Source: a virus
IMG/VR virus record: IMGVR_UViG_3300025122_000010
Location: 1-64,000 of that record
Strand: one strand, 5' to 3'
Length of the DNA: 64,000 nt
The notes under the pieces were generated by a model. The model searched no databases. It worked only from the letters and a program-made list of their open reading frames with translations, and was not told the origin of the DNA. This document shows positions 10,993 through 20,066 of this stretch, in pieces (positions within the stretch are counted from its first letter, which is position 1; every line of letters starts with the position of its first letter). Both the position numbers and the translations under genes were made by a program.

Positions 10993-11265
10993 ATGCAACA
11001 ATTAGATAACGATGATACTGTAGTTGGTTGGACTAAAAGGCATAAAATAAAGATAAAACTTCCAAATGGAAGAAATTTTGTCCCTGATTTTTTGATTGAA
11101 TACAAAAACGGCATCTTAGTTTTAGAAGAAACTAAAGGGTGGGATAGATATGCTGACTTGAAGATGCTAGCAATGAAAGAGTATTGTTTAAAAAATGGTT
11201 ATATTTTCAATTGGATCAAACAGAGCGACATGAAAGGGTATAGAGAATGGCTAAAGTGCTTGTAA
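10993..11265 (+). CDS. PD-(D/E)XK nuclease domain (TnsA-N-like), probably N-terminally truncated
   Basis: FVPDFLIEY..LEETKG; no clear SD. Confidence 0.55.
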   Translation: MQQLDNDDTVVGWTKRHKIKIKLPNGRNFVPDFLIEYKNGILVLEETKGWDRYADLKMLAMKEYCLKNGYIFNWIKQSDMKGYREWLKCL

Positions 11266-12323
11266 CAGGTTGCGCGGGTTTCATCGGCTCCCATCTATGT
11301 AGAAGACTATTGAAACTAGGTCATACAGTTAGAGGCATAGATGATTTGTCAGTCGGGTTTAAAGAGAATATTGATGATTTAACTGAATATATTTCTCATG
11401 GTCCAGAAGATAACACATCTAGGTTTATACCACAGCATTCAGCGTGGAACTATTGTATAGCTGATATTAGAGATCACAAGCTAAGCTCTATGGCAAAGTT
11501 TGGATCATCTTGGAATGATTTTGATGTTGTATATCATTTAGCAGCTAGAGGTGAGACTTACTGGTGCCAAGAGAATCCATCAGAAGCAGTTGATGTAAAT
11601 GTTAACGGGACATTGAGAATGTTAGAATTTGCTAAAACCACTAACTGTTCCCACTTTGTCTTTGCAGATACATCAGCAGAATATGATGGGTTAACAGGTA
11701 AAGATTGGTATCCAACTGATGAGGATGATGCTCCAAATCAACACACTCCGATGGGAATATATTCTATCACCAAGATGACTGCATCACAATTTGTAAGAGC
11801 TTGGTCAATAGAAAACAATGTCAGATCAACACTGTTCAGACCATTTAATGTATATGGTCCATCAATGAATCTTGATAGAGATATTCCACCAGTTATCGGA
11901 AGTATTGCTGTTAAGTTGCTCAAGAATCAATCTCCAACAATCTATGGAGATGGAAGCAAGAGAAGAGATTTCATTTACATAGATGACGCTATTGATCTAC
12001 TTGTAAAAGCTTTGCCGTTAGCTAATATTAGAAATATTAGAAATATCAACCTCAATGTAACAGACACATTCAATATGGGAACTGGCGAGAATTATTCAAT
12101 TAATGAAATACACGATATAATAGCAAGTGCTATAGTCAAAGAACTTCCATTGTCCAAAGTTTATCCTCTTCCTCATCCAATATACGAACCAGACAAACCA
12201 TATGAAGCTAAGATTACATTAGCAGATGTGAATAAAGCAAGAAGAACTTTTGATTGGAGTCCAAAGGTTTCTATTGAAGAGGGAATTAGGAGAACTATTA
12301 ATGATGTCAAGAGAAGAATGTAA
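11247..12323 (+). CDS. NAD-dependent nucleotide-sugar epimerase/dehydratase
   Basis: TGCAGFIG, YSITK, RPFNVYGP, GDGSKRRDFIYIDD. Confidence 0.9.
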   Translation: MAKVLVTGCAGFIGSHLCRRLLKLGHTVRGIDDLSVGFKENIDDLTEYISHGPEDNTSRFIPQHSAWNYCIADIRDHKLSSMAKFGSSWNDFDVVYHLAARGETYWCQENPSEAVDVNVNGTLRMLEFAKTTNCSHFVFADTSAEYDGLTGKDWYPTDEDDAPNQHTPMGIYSITKMTASQFVRAWSIENNVRSTLFRPFNVYGPSMNLDRDIPPVIGSIAVKLLKNQSPTIYGDGSKRRDFIYIDDAIDLLVKALPLANIRNIRNINLNVTDTFNMGTGENYSINEIHDIIASAIVKELPLSKVYPLPHPIYEPDKPYEAKITLADVNKARRTFDWSPKVSIEEGIRRTINDVKRRM

Positions 12324-12496
12324 ACACAAACTTCAAATGATAGATAGGAAGATAGGAAGATAGAAAGAATAGGAGTAATGGAACATTGGATATGCAAGAA
12401 CTGTAAACAGCAATTTGCTTCAATAAGAAATAGAACATATAAATCAATTCATCCAGTCCCGGATGATTATAGCTTAAGGAAAGTTAGAGAGATATA

Positions 12497-13510
12497 ATGA
12501 TAGTAATAAAGACCCCGCTTAGAATAGGATTCGCTGGTGGCGGATCAGATTTGCCAGCATATATAGACAAGAAGTATTCTGGGTGGTGTATTAATGCGAC
12601 GATAGATAAATACGTATATGTCTTAGTTAAGAAGAGACATGACAACAAAATCTATTTGAAGTATAGTGAAAATGAAATAGTGGATAATGTTTGTGATATT
12701 AAACATGACTTTATTAGAGAGACCTTGAAGTTCCTTGATATAAACTATGGTGTAGAGATCATCAACTTTGCAGATATACCAACTAAGGGAACAGGCTTGG
12801 GTTCATCATCTAGTTTTCTAGTTGGATTGCTAAATGCATTGCATATACTGAATGGAAATCCAGTTGAGCCGCGTAGACTAGCTGAACAAGCTTGCTATAT
12901 AGAAATTGATAGATGTAATAAACCCATGGGCTATCAAGATCAATTTGCTGCAGCATTTGGTGGGTTAAATATAATGCAATTCAATTTTAATGGTCCAACA
13001 GCAGTTGGTGTGTCCAAACTTGATTATTCAGATCAAGAACTTAGAGATCTATCAGAACACATCATGATGTACTATACTGGTATAACACGAAACTCATCAG
13101 ACATCTTATCAGAACAGTCTGAAAATATGAATACTGATAAATTGCAGGGTATGCATGATAATGTAAGAATAGCACAACAATTGGCAATAGATCTTGCTGA
13201 TAGAAAATTCAATTCAATTTCTAAAGCAATGAACAAGAACTGGATACTTAAGAAGCAATTTGCAAATGAAATTTCAAATGAAAATATTGACAGAATGCTG
13301 GAAGTGGCAATGCATAATGGTGCGCCTGCTGGAAAGGTGACAGGAGCTGGAGGCGGTGGGTTCTTACTATTGTATGTCCATCCTAATAGAAGGGCAGAAG
13401 TTGCTAATGGCATGAGAATAGAATATCCAGATCTAAAGCTTATGCCAGTAAAACTAGATAAATATGGAACTAGAGTTTTGTTGAACACAGAAGAATACCA
13501 ATGGGGGTAA
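12497..13510 (+). CDS. hddA: GHMP kinase, D-glycero-D-manno-heptose 7-phosphate kinase-like
   Basis: PLRIGFAGGGSD, GTGLGSSS, GYQDQ, GAGGGGF. Confidence 0.85.
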   Translation: MIVIKTPLRIGFAGGGSDLPAYIDKKYSGWCINATIDKYVYVLVKKRHDNKIYLKYSENEIVDNVCDIKHDFIRETLKFLDINYGVEIINFADIPTKGTGLGSSSSFLVGLLNALHILNGNPVEPRRLAEQACYIEIDRCNKPMGYQDQFAAAFGGLNIMQFNFNGPTAVGVSKLDYSDQELRDLSEHIMMYYTGITRNSSDILSEQSENMNTDKLQGMHDNVRIAQQLAIDLADRKFNSISKAMNKNWILKKQFANEISNENIDRMLEVAMHNGAPAGKVTGAGGGGFLLLYVHPNRRAEVANGMRIEYPDLKLMPVKLDKYGTRVLLNTEEYQWG

Positions 13511-13515
13511 GAGAC

Positions 13516-13764
13516 ATGGAAGAGAAAGAAGTAGAAGAGCCAATTTGGGAATGTCCTTGTTGTGGATATGGGATGAATAAAGAAACAGATGCTAAGCCTG
13601 TTGGTATTATGCTAGCAGTTCTAGCAGTTTCAGGTGAAGCCGGTCCATTGTTAGCACAGATATGTCCAAATTGTAAGTCTATTAGTTTGAGTGAACAAAC
13701 ATTTAGTGATCTATCGGGATTAACTGAGAAGAAGATAGTAAAGCCTCAGGGTGTAATTATATGA
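13516..13764 (+). CDS. small Zn-ribbon protein
   Basis: CPCCG and CPNC. Confidence 0.55.
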   Translation: MEEKEVEEPIWECPCCGYGMNKETDAKPVGIMLAVLAVSGEAGPLLAQICPNCKSISLSEQTFSDLSGLTEKKIVKPQGVII

Positions 13765-14255
13765 AAAAGCATTTCAAATATCTATCATATGTCTTAAGAC
13801 ACAAATGGTTTGTTATGATAGAGTGTTTTAAGAGAGGGCTTATTTGGCGTGGTATAGCACATGATATTTCAAAGTTCTATCCAACTGAATGGTTTCCATA
13901 TGTAAATTATTTCTATGGAAAGAAAGATGATGATATAAGTAAGGGTAGAAATAGTACAGGATATTACAAACCAGGTGAATCAGGTAATGATGCATTTGAT
14001 AGAGCTTGGTTATTTCATCAACACAGGAACCCACATCATTGGCAATGGTGGGTATTGACACAAGATGAAGATGACGATAAAGTACTAGAAATGGATAGGA
14101 ATTATATGAAGGAGATGTATTGTGATTGGAAAGGCGCTGGAAGGGCTCAGAAAAATGGAGTTATGACAAAGGAATGGTATGAAGCTAATAAATATAAGAT
14201 GAAGTTGCACTGGAAAACAAGATCAGAAATTGAGCTTTTAATCTACGGAATGTAG
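13761..14255 (+). CDS. HD-like protein (DUF5662-like)
   Basis: HK..V, HDISKF, HQHRNPHHWQWW, EMYCDW. Confidence 0.7.
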   Translation: MKKHFKYLSYVLRHKWFVMIECFKRGLIWRGIAHDISKFYPTEWFPYVNYFYGKKDDDISKGRNSTGYYKPGESGNDAFDRAWLFHQHRNPHHWQWWVLTQDEDDDKVLEMDRNYMKEMYCDWKGAGRAQKNGVMTKEWYEANKYKMKLHWKTRSEIELLIYGM

Positions 14256-14263
14256 GGGAAAAT

Positions 14264-14572
14264 ATGTACTATGAAAAAGATGCTGTATTAGAAGATCGTA
14301 TTGGAAGAGAGATAAAAGTTGGTTGTATGTTAGCTGTTGCGTCAGACGATAAGTACCGAGAAGGTAAGATGAGAATGGGTATAGTAACCAAGATCAATTG
14401 GAGATACTCTTATTATTATTCTCAACGAGAAGATGAAGCAAAGTATGCTCCCTCAATAACACTATTCAATCTAAAGTGGAAATCAAATAGAACTTATTAT
14501 ACACCTGAGAATATGATAGTAGTTTCTTGGCATACACTTGATCTTGACAAAGATGTGAAGCATAATGTTTGA
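14264..14572 (+). CDS. hypothetical protein
   Basis: ORF with SD. Confidence 0.55.
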   Translation: MYYEKDAVLEDRIGREIKVGCMLAVASDDKYREGKMRMGIVTKINWRYSYYYSQREDEAKYAPSITLFNLKWKSNRTYYTPENMIVVSWHTLDLDKDVKHNV

Positions 14573-15365
14573 CCCGAATGATATTCACATTGTACTCATA
14601 GGGAACGATCGAGTATTAGACTATAGATTGAATATGGAGATACTGAGATTCAATTTTAGTTTCAGTGATCGTTTGTGGATTACAACTGTATACAATGGAG
14701 ATCCAAATGGACTACCGTCAGGTATTGGAGAAAATACGTTTATTCATGTACCAGAGAATCGGGGTTACGGGTATGGTGCTCTTGATGGTTTCAATCATGG
14801 GCTTAGTTTTGCTGCGGATGGGTACAGGCCGATAGTAATGATCTTTAACTTCGACGTATGGTTTTTTACAGAGAAGGGATTCATAGCATGTATTGAAGAT
14901 TTCTTGGAAGCGAATGAATTCAAAGGTGCTGGTGATAATATACCGAAGAATTTTTCAGCAGGATTTCTTCCAGATCATCAACTGTTTATGACAGACTGCA
15001 TGATATTTGATAGAGATTTGCTTAAGAAAATATTGCCATTGAAAGATGAACCTGCTGAACATAGAATGAATAACCCAAAATTGCAAGCAATGTATGAAGG
15101 AACTGAACTAGGTTTTATGAATATGGAAGAATGGTTTTACGGATCAGTTGATAGTAAATTACAAGAAACTAAAACTAAATTGAAACCGCCTCCAGGATTT
15201 ATTGCTCATATTATGCAAAGAGATGGGGCTCCAAGATATAGATGGACAGAGAAGTTTACGCTAGCACATTCTCACGATTATGAGCAGAAGAAAGAATGGT
15301 TAAAACAATATAATACTACTAAAGGACAGTTAATTCCAAAATTTTTAAATGGTGAATTTGGTTGA
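14565..15365 (+). CDS. GT-A-like glycosyltransferase (divergent)
   Basis: ENRGYGYGA..FNHG and FNFDVW (DxD-like). Confidence 0.5.
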   Translation: MFDPNDIHIVLIGNDRVLDYRLNMEILRFNFSFSDRLWITTVYNGDPNGLPSGIGENTFIHVPENRGYGYGALDGFNHGLSFAADGYRPIVMIFNFDVWFFTEKGFIACIEDFLEANEFKGAGDNIPKNFSAGFLPDHQLFMTDCMIFDRDLLKKILPLKDEPAEHRMNNPKLQAMYEGTELGFMNMEEWFYGSVDSKLQETKTKLKPPPGFIAHIMQRDGAPRYRWTEKFTLAHSHDYEQKKEWLKQYNTTKGQLIPKFLNGEFG

Positions 15366-15443
15366 GAAAAAAATGGATATAAACTTGTAAGAATTTGGGA
15401 AGATGAGATTAATTTTGTTTGGAACATGATTATAATGAACTAA
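15366..15443 (+). pseudogene. C-terminal remnant of a Vsr/DUF559-like endonuclease
   Basis: Translates KNGYKLVRIWEDEI with no start; flanked by 12-bp direct repeat GAATTTGGTTGA at 15354 and 15454. Confidence 0.55.
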
Positions 15444-15479
15444 CGAAAACAGCGAATTTGGTTGATAAAGGAGGACTAA

Positions 15480-16346
15480 ATGGCAAAGAGGGAAACAAAG
15501 AAAGTTGTTGATGATGTTGATCCAAGAATTGTAAAATTACATGAAGAAGTTCTTTATCCAGTTGTAAGGGTTCGTGCTGGCAACTCAGGTGGGTCAGGCA
15601 CTGTCCTTTATTCGAAGAAAGATGTAAAAGGGAATGTTAGAACGTTTGTACTCACTAACCACCATGTTGTAGAAGACCTAATCAATATCGGAAAGGTCTG
15701 GAACTCTAGACTTGGTAGAGAGATAAAGAAAGATATTAGACAAACAGCAGAAGCACAATTCTTTAAGTATAACAATTGGTCAAAATGCGTAGGTAGTTTC
15801 TCTGTTGAAGCAGATATTGTTGCCTATGAACCAGAAGAAGATATGGCGTTATTGGAACTAAGAGATAGAGAAAGACTTGCTGATCATATTGCTTGTATGA
15901 TTCCAGAAACAAGAGTTGGTAAAATCTGTATATATGATGATATATATGCTTGCGGTGCTACTCTACTTCATGCTCCATTCTCCACTCCTGGTGCTATTGT
16001 TTTTCAGGATGACGAAATTGAAAACAAGAAATATTGGCTTGGTACTTCTTTGATCTCATTCGGAAATTCAGGTGGTGCTGTGTTTAGATACTGTGAAGAG
16101 TCTGACAAGTATGAATTTATTGGAGTTCCGAGTAGAGTTCAACTTCAAGGATTCAATGATGTTGCTAACTGGATGGGATATTTCATACCCCCTAATAGAG
16201 TTATGGGGTTCTTGAAAGAACAAAAGTTCCAATTCATATTTGATTCCTCAATCACTCTAGAACAATGTGAAGAGCTGAGAAAGAACGATGCAGTTGAAGA
16301 AGTAAAGAGACTAGAAAAGAAAGAGGGTGTTGTCATTGATGAATAA
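15480..16346 (+). CDS. trypsin-like serine protease
   Basis: GSG, LTNHHVV, DMALL, GNSGG catalytic triad motifs. Confidence 0.85.
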   Translation: MAKRETKKVVDDVDPRIVKLHEEVLYPVVRVRAGNSGGSGTVLYSKKDVKGNVRTFVLTNHHVVEDLINIGKVWNSRLGREIKKDIRQTAEAQFFKYNNWSKCVGSFSVEADIVAYEPEEDMALLELRDRERLADHIACMIPETRVGKICIYDDIYACGATLLHAPFSTPGAIVFQDDEIENKKYWLGTSLISFGNSGGAVFRYCEESDKYEFIGVPSRVQLQGFNDVANWMGYFIPPNRVMGFLKEQKFQFIFDSSITLEQCEELRKNDAVEEVKRLEKKEGVVIDE

Positions 16347-16635
16347 GTTGATAGACTTGCAAAGCATTACAGAGAAGAGTGATGAATTAGAAAAAGAAAA
16401 GAAGAAAGTAAAACCGATTGTTCCTTCTATAGTTTCAAATAAGCAATTCAAGCAACTTTATAGCACATTTATGAAAATGAATGTTAGTGACCCACTGTAT
16501 GAAAGTTACCAAGTTGCGATTGATAAGGGTGTAAGAAAACCAAATGTCACAAAATTGAAAAACAAGAACAGAAGATCAATGATTGCTGAGTCTAGGAAAA
16601 CTAATAGAGAGACAAAAGGAAGAACAAAAAAGTAG
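16339..16635 (+). CDS. basic hypothetical protein
   Basis: ORF coupled to protease stop. Confidence 0.5.
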   Translation: MNKLIDLQSITEKSDELEKEKKKVKPIVPSIVSNKQFKQLYSTFMKMNVSDPLYESYQVAIDKGVRKPNVTKLKNKNRRSMIAESRKTNRETKGRTKK

Positions 16636-16655
16636 AATTCTCTAAATTTGACACT

Positions 16656-16666
16656 ATATTTATATA
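16656..16666 (+). promoter_or_regulatory. ATATTTATATA motif (candidate late promoter)
   Basis: Identical 11-mer also intergenic at 21795 and 48776. Confidence 0.45.
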
Positions 16667-16764
16667 TTACAATAATAACATAGCAAAACAATAGTTTAAA
16701 TTTAATGTAACATTGATTAATAATAATATGAGAGTAGTAAACATCATCCGCAAGGAGGATCACG

Positions 16765-17229
16765 ATGGAACGCAAACTGCAGTCTGCCATATGCATCTTG
16801 GTACTGGCCCTTCTCATCGCAGGCCCCGCGCTGGCACAGCCTCAGCAAGGACAGAGGCTGGGAAGCGCAAGCACGATGGGCCGCGGGTCTTCGGCCGAGC
16901 AGCTCCTGGGCACCCTTGCCTTCGATGAGAAGATCGACGTGACCGACGACCAGCTTCTCAAGCTCCGCAGCGCGCTGAAGACGATCTATGGGAAGCAGCA
17001 GGACATGGCGAAGAAGCTGCGCGGCGGCTCCAGGGAAGGCATGCGCGACAGGATGATGGCCATGCGCACCGAGATGATGGCCCTCCGAACTGAGATGATG
17101 GAGACCGTCGAGACAGTCCTCAACGAGAAGCAGCTCAAGCAGCTCAAGGAGAAAATCAAGAAGACACACTCCCGACGCGGCGGACGACAGGGCCGCAGCG
17201 CCAGGCAGCGCGGCGGAGGACGTAACTAG
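16765..17229 (+). CDS. secreted Spy/CpxP-like (LTXXQ-type) helical protein; GC-rich, probably host-derived
   Basis: SD AAGGAGG; signal peptide ending AxA; VTDDQ and LNEKQ motifs; abrupt GC jump. Confidence 0.7.
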   Translation: MERKLQSAICILVLALLIAGPALAQPQQGQRLGSASTMGRGSSAEQLLGTLAFDEKIDVTDDQLLKLRSALKTIYGKQQDMAKKLRGGSREGMRDRMMAMRTEMMALRTEMMETVETVLNEKQLKQLKEKIKKTHSRRGGRQGRSARQRGGGRN

Positions 17230-17282
17230 GACATCAGGGAAATAAAACTAAACTTAATCAGAATACTCTGAACGAAAATAAT

Positions 17283-17455
17283 ATTGAGAAGCAAGGATTA
17301 GAGCTACTTCTATCAAATTGATAACTTGATACCTAAGACCGGCATTATGATTCGGTCACAGCGAACTAAGTAATACTTAGTTCAAAACCGCAACAAGCTA
17401 TTTTATCCTTTTGAGCGAAAAAAAGGAAATCCTCTGATTCGATAATTCTCTCAAT
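17283..17455 (+). ncRNA. Y-RNA-like unit 1
   Basis: ATTGAGA/TCTCAAT terminal stem; AGCAA//ATTC internal loop; GGATTAGAG/CTCTGATTC stem; CTACTTC; multi-hairpin apex; upstream of TROVE gene. Confidence 0.7.
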
Positions 17456-17470
17456 TGTAATAAGAATAAC

Positions 17471-17559
17471 ATGAAGAAAGCAAGGATTAGAGTTACTTCA
17501 TAATTTGCCTACAAAGCAAACTTTCAGAAAAGACACTCTGTCCAACAATTCTTCTTCAT
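17471..17559 (+). ncRNA. Y-RNA-like unit 2
   Basis: ATGAAGAA/TTCTTCAT stem; same loop; GGATTAGAGT/ACTCTGTCC; TTACTTC. Confidence 0.7.
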
Positions 17560-17579
17560 TTAAATTTGAATAATTTAAT

Positions 17580-17649
17580 ATCAGATAGCAAGCTAAAGAG
17601 TTACTTCGACATAGAGACGACAAATACTCTTGGCACCTATTCTTCTGAT
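17580..17649 (+). ncRNA. Y-RNA-like unit 3
   Basis: ATCAGA/TCTGAT stem; same loop; compensatory GCTAAAGAGT/ACTCTTGGC; TTACTTC. Confidence 0.7.
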
Positions 17650-17655
17650 TTATTG

Positions 17656-17696
17656 TAGACACGGACACTACAACAAATCTGTGTCTATTTTTGTTT
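17656..17696 (+). terminator. intrinsic terminator-like hairpin after the RNA array
   Basis: TAGACACGGA/TCTGTGTCTA followed by TTTTTGTTT. Confidence 0.55.
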
Positions 17697-17739
17697 GTCA
17701 AAAACTTCAACGCAGTATATACTCGAGGAGGTAAACGTT

Positions 17740-19353
17740 ATGGGAAAGTTCACAGGTACAGCAACTCCTAAGATTAATCATCGTAAGGCACATCCACGTG
17801 CTAGTGAGATCAAGGAAACAAGAAACTTTGAAAGTGGAAAGGCTTTCACTCTTCCTGCTAAGGAACGTCTAGCTACAAGAGTGATGACTTCAATGATTAA
17901 TGAGAAGTCATTCTATGGTGACACTACATCTGAGCTCTTGAATGATCTTAGAGAAGTTGCAAAGACAGATCCTCTATTCATTCTTAAGTTGGCTGCATAC
18001 ACTCGTAATATCATGTTCTTGCGTTCTGCTCCAACTTTTGTTCTAGCTCATGGCTCAATGATTCCTGAAGTGAAGCCTTATATTCGTCAGTGGACTCCTA
18101 AGATTCTAAAGAGAGCTGATGAACCAGCAGAGACACTTGCTGCAATCAATAGCATCTTTACTGAAAAGGGTGAGAAGCCAGTTATCCCTAACTCTATCAA
18201 GAAGGGTATCTCTGATGCATTGAGAAACTTTGACGCTTACCAGTTGATGAAGTATAAGGGTGAGGGACAGTCAGTTAATCTTTGGGATGTGTTCAATGTA
18301 TGTCACCCAAAGCCAACTAATGGTGAGCAAGCTTCAATGTGGAAGTCTTTCATGAATAGTGAACTCAATCCTGCTAAGACTTGGGAAACTGAGTTGTCTA
18401 AGACAGGACAGACTGGTAAGTCCAAGGCTAAGGCTTGGGAAGACATCATTCCTTCTATGGGTTATATGGCTATTATACGTAACCTTAGAAACTTCATTCA
18501 GGAAGGGTTGTCAGATGAATTGATTTCTGAAATTTGCAAGAAGTTGACAGACCCTAAGGCTGTTGCAAAGAACAAGCAGCTTCCATTCCGTTACTTCTCT
18601 GCTTATCGTGAGCTTGAAAAGCTTACAGGCAAAAGTATGTTTGCTCGTGACTACTGGGGAAATAGAGAAAATAGAGATGAAAAGGTGTTCACAGCTCCTG
18701 AGGAGAAGACTAAGATAAAGAAGCTAATGAGAGCTGTTGATAAGGCAATGGCACTTTCTGTTCAGAACGTCGATCAGTTGCCTGGTGTAACAGCGATCTT
18801 CTCTGATCACTCAGCTTCAATGGATAGCTCAATTTCAAGTAAGTCAAGCATTACGCATATGAACGTAGCAATGGTTCTTCATGCATTGACTGACTCTCTG
18901 AATCCTGAGAATGTTGGTGCAATCTTTGGTGAGTCAATTGCTGCTGTTGATTCTGAAGGTTTGACTCCAATGAAGTTTATTGAAGCAATGGTTAATACAG
19001 ATGTTGGTCACTCAACTAATGCTTGGTTGTGCTTTGATCATTTGACTAAGTCAAAGGTAAAAGTTGACAGAATCATCTTACTTTCAGACATGCAGTGTTA
19101 CAATTCTAGTGGATATGGACTTCGTTCTGGTTCACGAAGTGTATCTGACAAGTGGGATACATATCGCACCAAGGTTAACCCAGATGCTTGGTTCCATTCA
19201 ATTGATCTAGCTGGATATGGAACATCAGTTGAGCCGATCAATTCAAAGAATGTCTCACTCTTTGCCGGCTGGAACACAAGGTTCTTGGATGTTATCAAGG
19301 GAGTTGAGAAGGGTGTTGGTGGATTGGTTGAAGAGATTGAGAATTACAGTTAG
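17740..19353 (+). CDS. Ro60/Rsr-like TROVE-domain RNA-binding protein with C-terminal vWA domain
   Basis: RADEP, FDAYQLMKY, TWETELS, MAIIRNLRN, QLPFRYFSAY, DHSASM (MIDAS), LSDMQ; SD GAGGAGG before ATG at 17740. Confidence 0.92.
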   Translation: MGKFTGTATPKINHRKAHPRASEIKETRNFESGKAFTLPAKERLATRVMTSMINEKSFYGDTTSELLNDLREVAKTDPLFILKLAAYTRNIMFLRSAPTFVLAHGSMIPEVKPYIRQWTPKILKRADEPAETLAAINSIFTEKGEKPVIPNSIKKGISDALRNFDAYQLMKYKGEGQSVNLWDVFNVCHPKPTNGEQASMWKSFMNSELNPAKTWETELSKTGQTGKSKAKAWEDIIPSMGYMAIIRNLRNFIQEGLSDELISEICKKLTDPKAVAKNKQLPFRYFSAYRELEKLTGKSMFARDYWGNRENRDEKVFTAPEEKTKIKKLMRAVDKAMALSVQNVDQLPGVTAIFSDHSASMDSSISSKSSITHMNVAMVLHALTDSLNPENVGAIFGESIAAVDSEGLTPMKFIEAMVNTDVGHSTNAWLCFDHLTKSKVKVDRIILLSDMQCYNSSGYGLRSGSRSVSDKWDTYRTKVNPDAWFHSIDLAGYGTSVEPINSKNVSLFAGWNTRFLDVIKGVEKGVGGLVEEIENYS

Positions 19354-19383
19354 TTAGTATAAAAAAGTCTGAAGATTTATTAT

Positions 19384-19420
19384 AATGGAATAGGTAAAAA
19401 AATGCCTATTCCATTTTTTT
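19384..19420 (+). terminator. intrinsic terminator
   Basis: AATGGAATAGGT/GCCTATTCCATT followed by T-run. Confidence 0.8.
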
Positions 19421-19434
19421 ATAGGGAGAAATAT

Positions 19435-19749
19435 ATGAGCAATCCAGAAGGAATATCTATGAAAGTAGCAGATGATATAACTTCAGAAAAGCATCAGCTA
19501 CTTTCTGATGAAGAAATAAATGCATTACTTGCAGCAACTCGTAATTTTAAACTAGGCAATCAATCAGTAGTCCCTGGTGAAGTAGAAGAATTCAAATACT
19601 ATAATATTAAGATTCCTATAGATTGTAGTTTTAGTTCTTTAAAGAGTTTAGTTCAATTACTTATAAACGAACTTCTTCCAATTGAAGAAAATGATTTAAT
19701 TGCTAAGCATCCACTGTACAAACAGTGGCTTACGCCAAAGGATAAATAA
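19435..19749 (+). CDS. hypothetical protein
   Basis: ATG after GGGAGA, downstream of terminator. Confidence 0.55.
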   Translation: MSNPEGISMKVADDITSEKHQLLSDEEINALLAATRNFKLGNQSVVPGEVEEFKYYNIKIPIDCSFSSLKSLVQLLINELLPIEENDLIAKHPLYKQWLTPKDK

Positions 19750-20066
19750 TGAAATATCTAGAAGTAATATCAGAACAATTCGGTGTATATCGTATTCCTG
19801 CTTATATTATTGCAAACAATAGAGCGATGTATTATGCTGAATATGATAGCACAAGATTAAACAAAAGTTATAATGAATCATACAAAATAGAACACAAGTA
19901 TACTATGGAATCAGATGATGAACTTCTAGATTGGGTTAAAAATAACATGGACTGGTCAGATCTTGAAGGAGATGCTGTATTCATTGGCGAAACAAGAGAT
20001 GTAGTTACGATGGATGAAGAGTGGCCTAATATGAAAAGTATGGAGGTGATTGACGATGATGAGTGA
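19749..20066 (+). CDS. conserved hypothetical phage protein
   Basis: IANNRAMYYA..DWVKNNMDWSDL. Confidence 0.6.
   Translation: MKYLEVISEQFGVYRIPAYIIANNRAMYYAEYDSTRLNKSYNESYKIEHKYTMESDDELLDWVKNNMDWSDLEGDAVFIGETRDVVTMDEEWPNMKSMEVIDDDE

Noticed and set aside
12338-12376. GATAGGAA micro-repeat (and the 21-bp tandem near 34440)
   Set aside because: Only two or three copies, consistent with replication slippage.
17283-17649. Three repeats read as a mini CRISPR array
   Set aside because: Spacing is irregular, repeats are degenerate, each 5' motif pairs with its own distant 3' partner, and no cas gene is in the window.
17695-17723. TTGTCA-N17-TATACT promoter for the TROVE gene
   Set aside because: The predicted start would fall inside the SD; plausible but unsupported.
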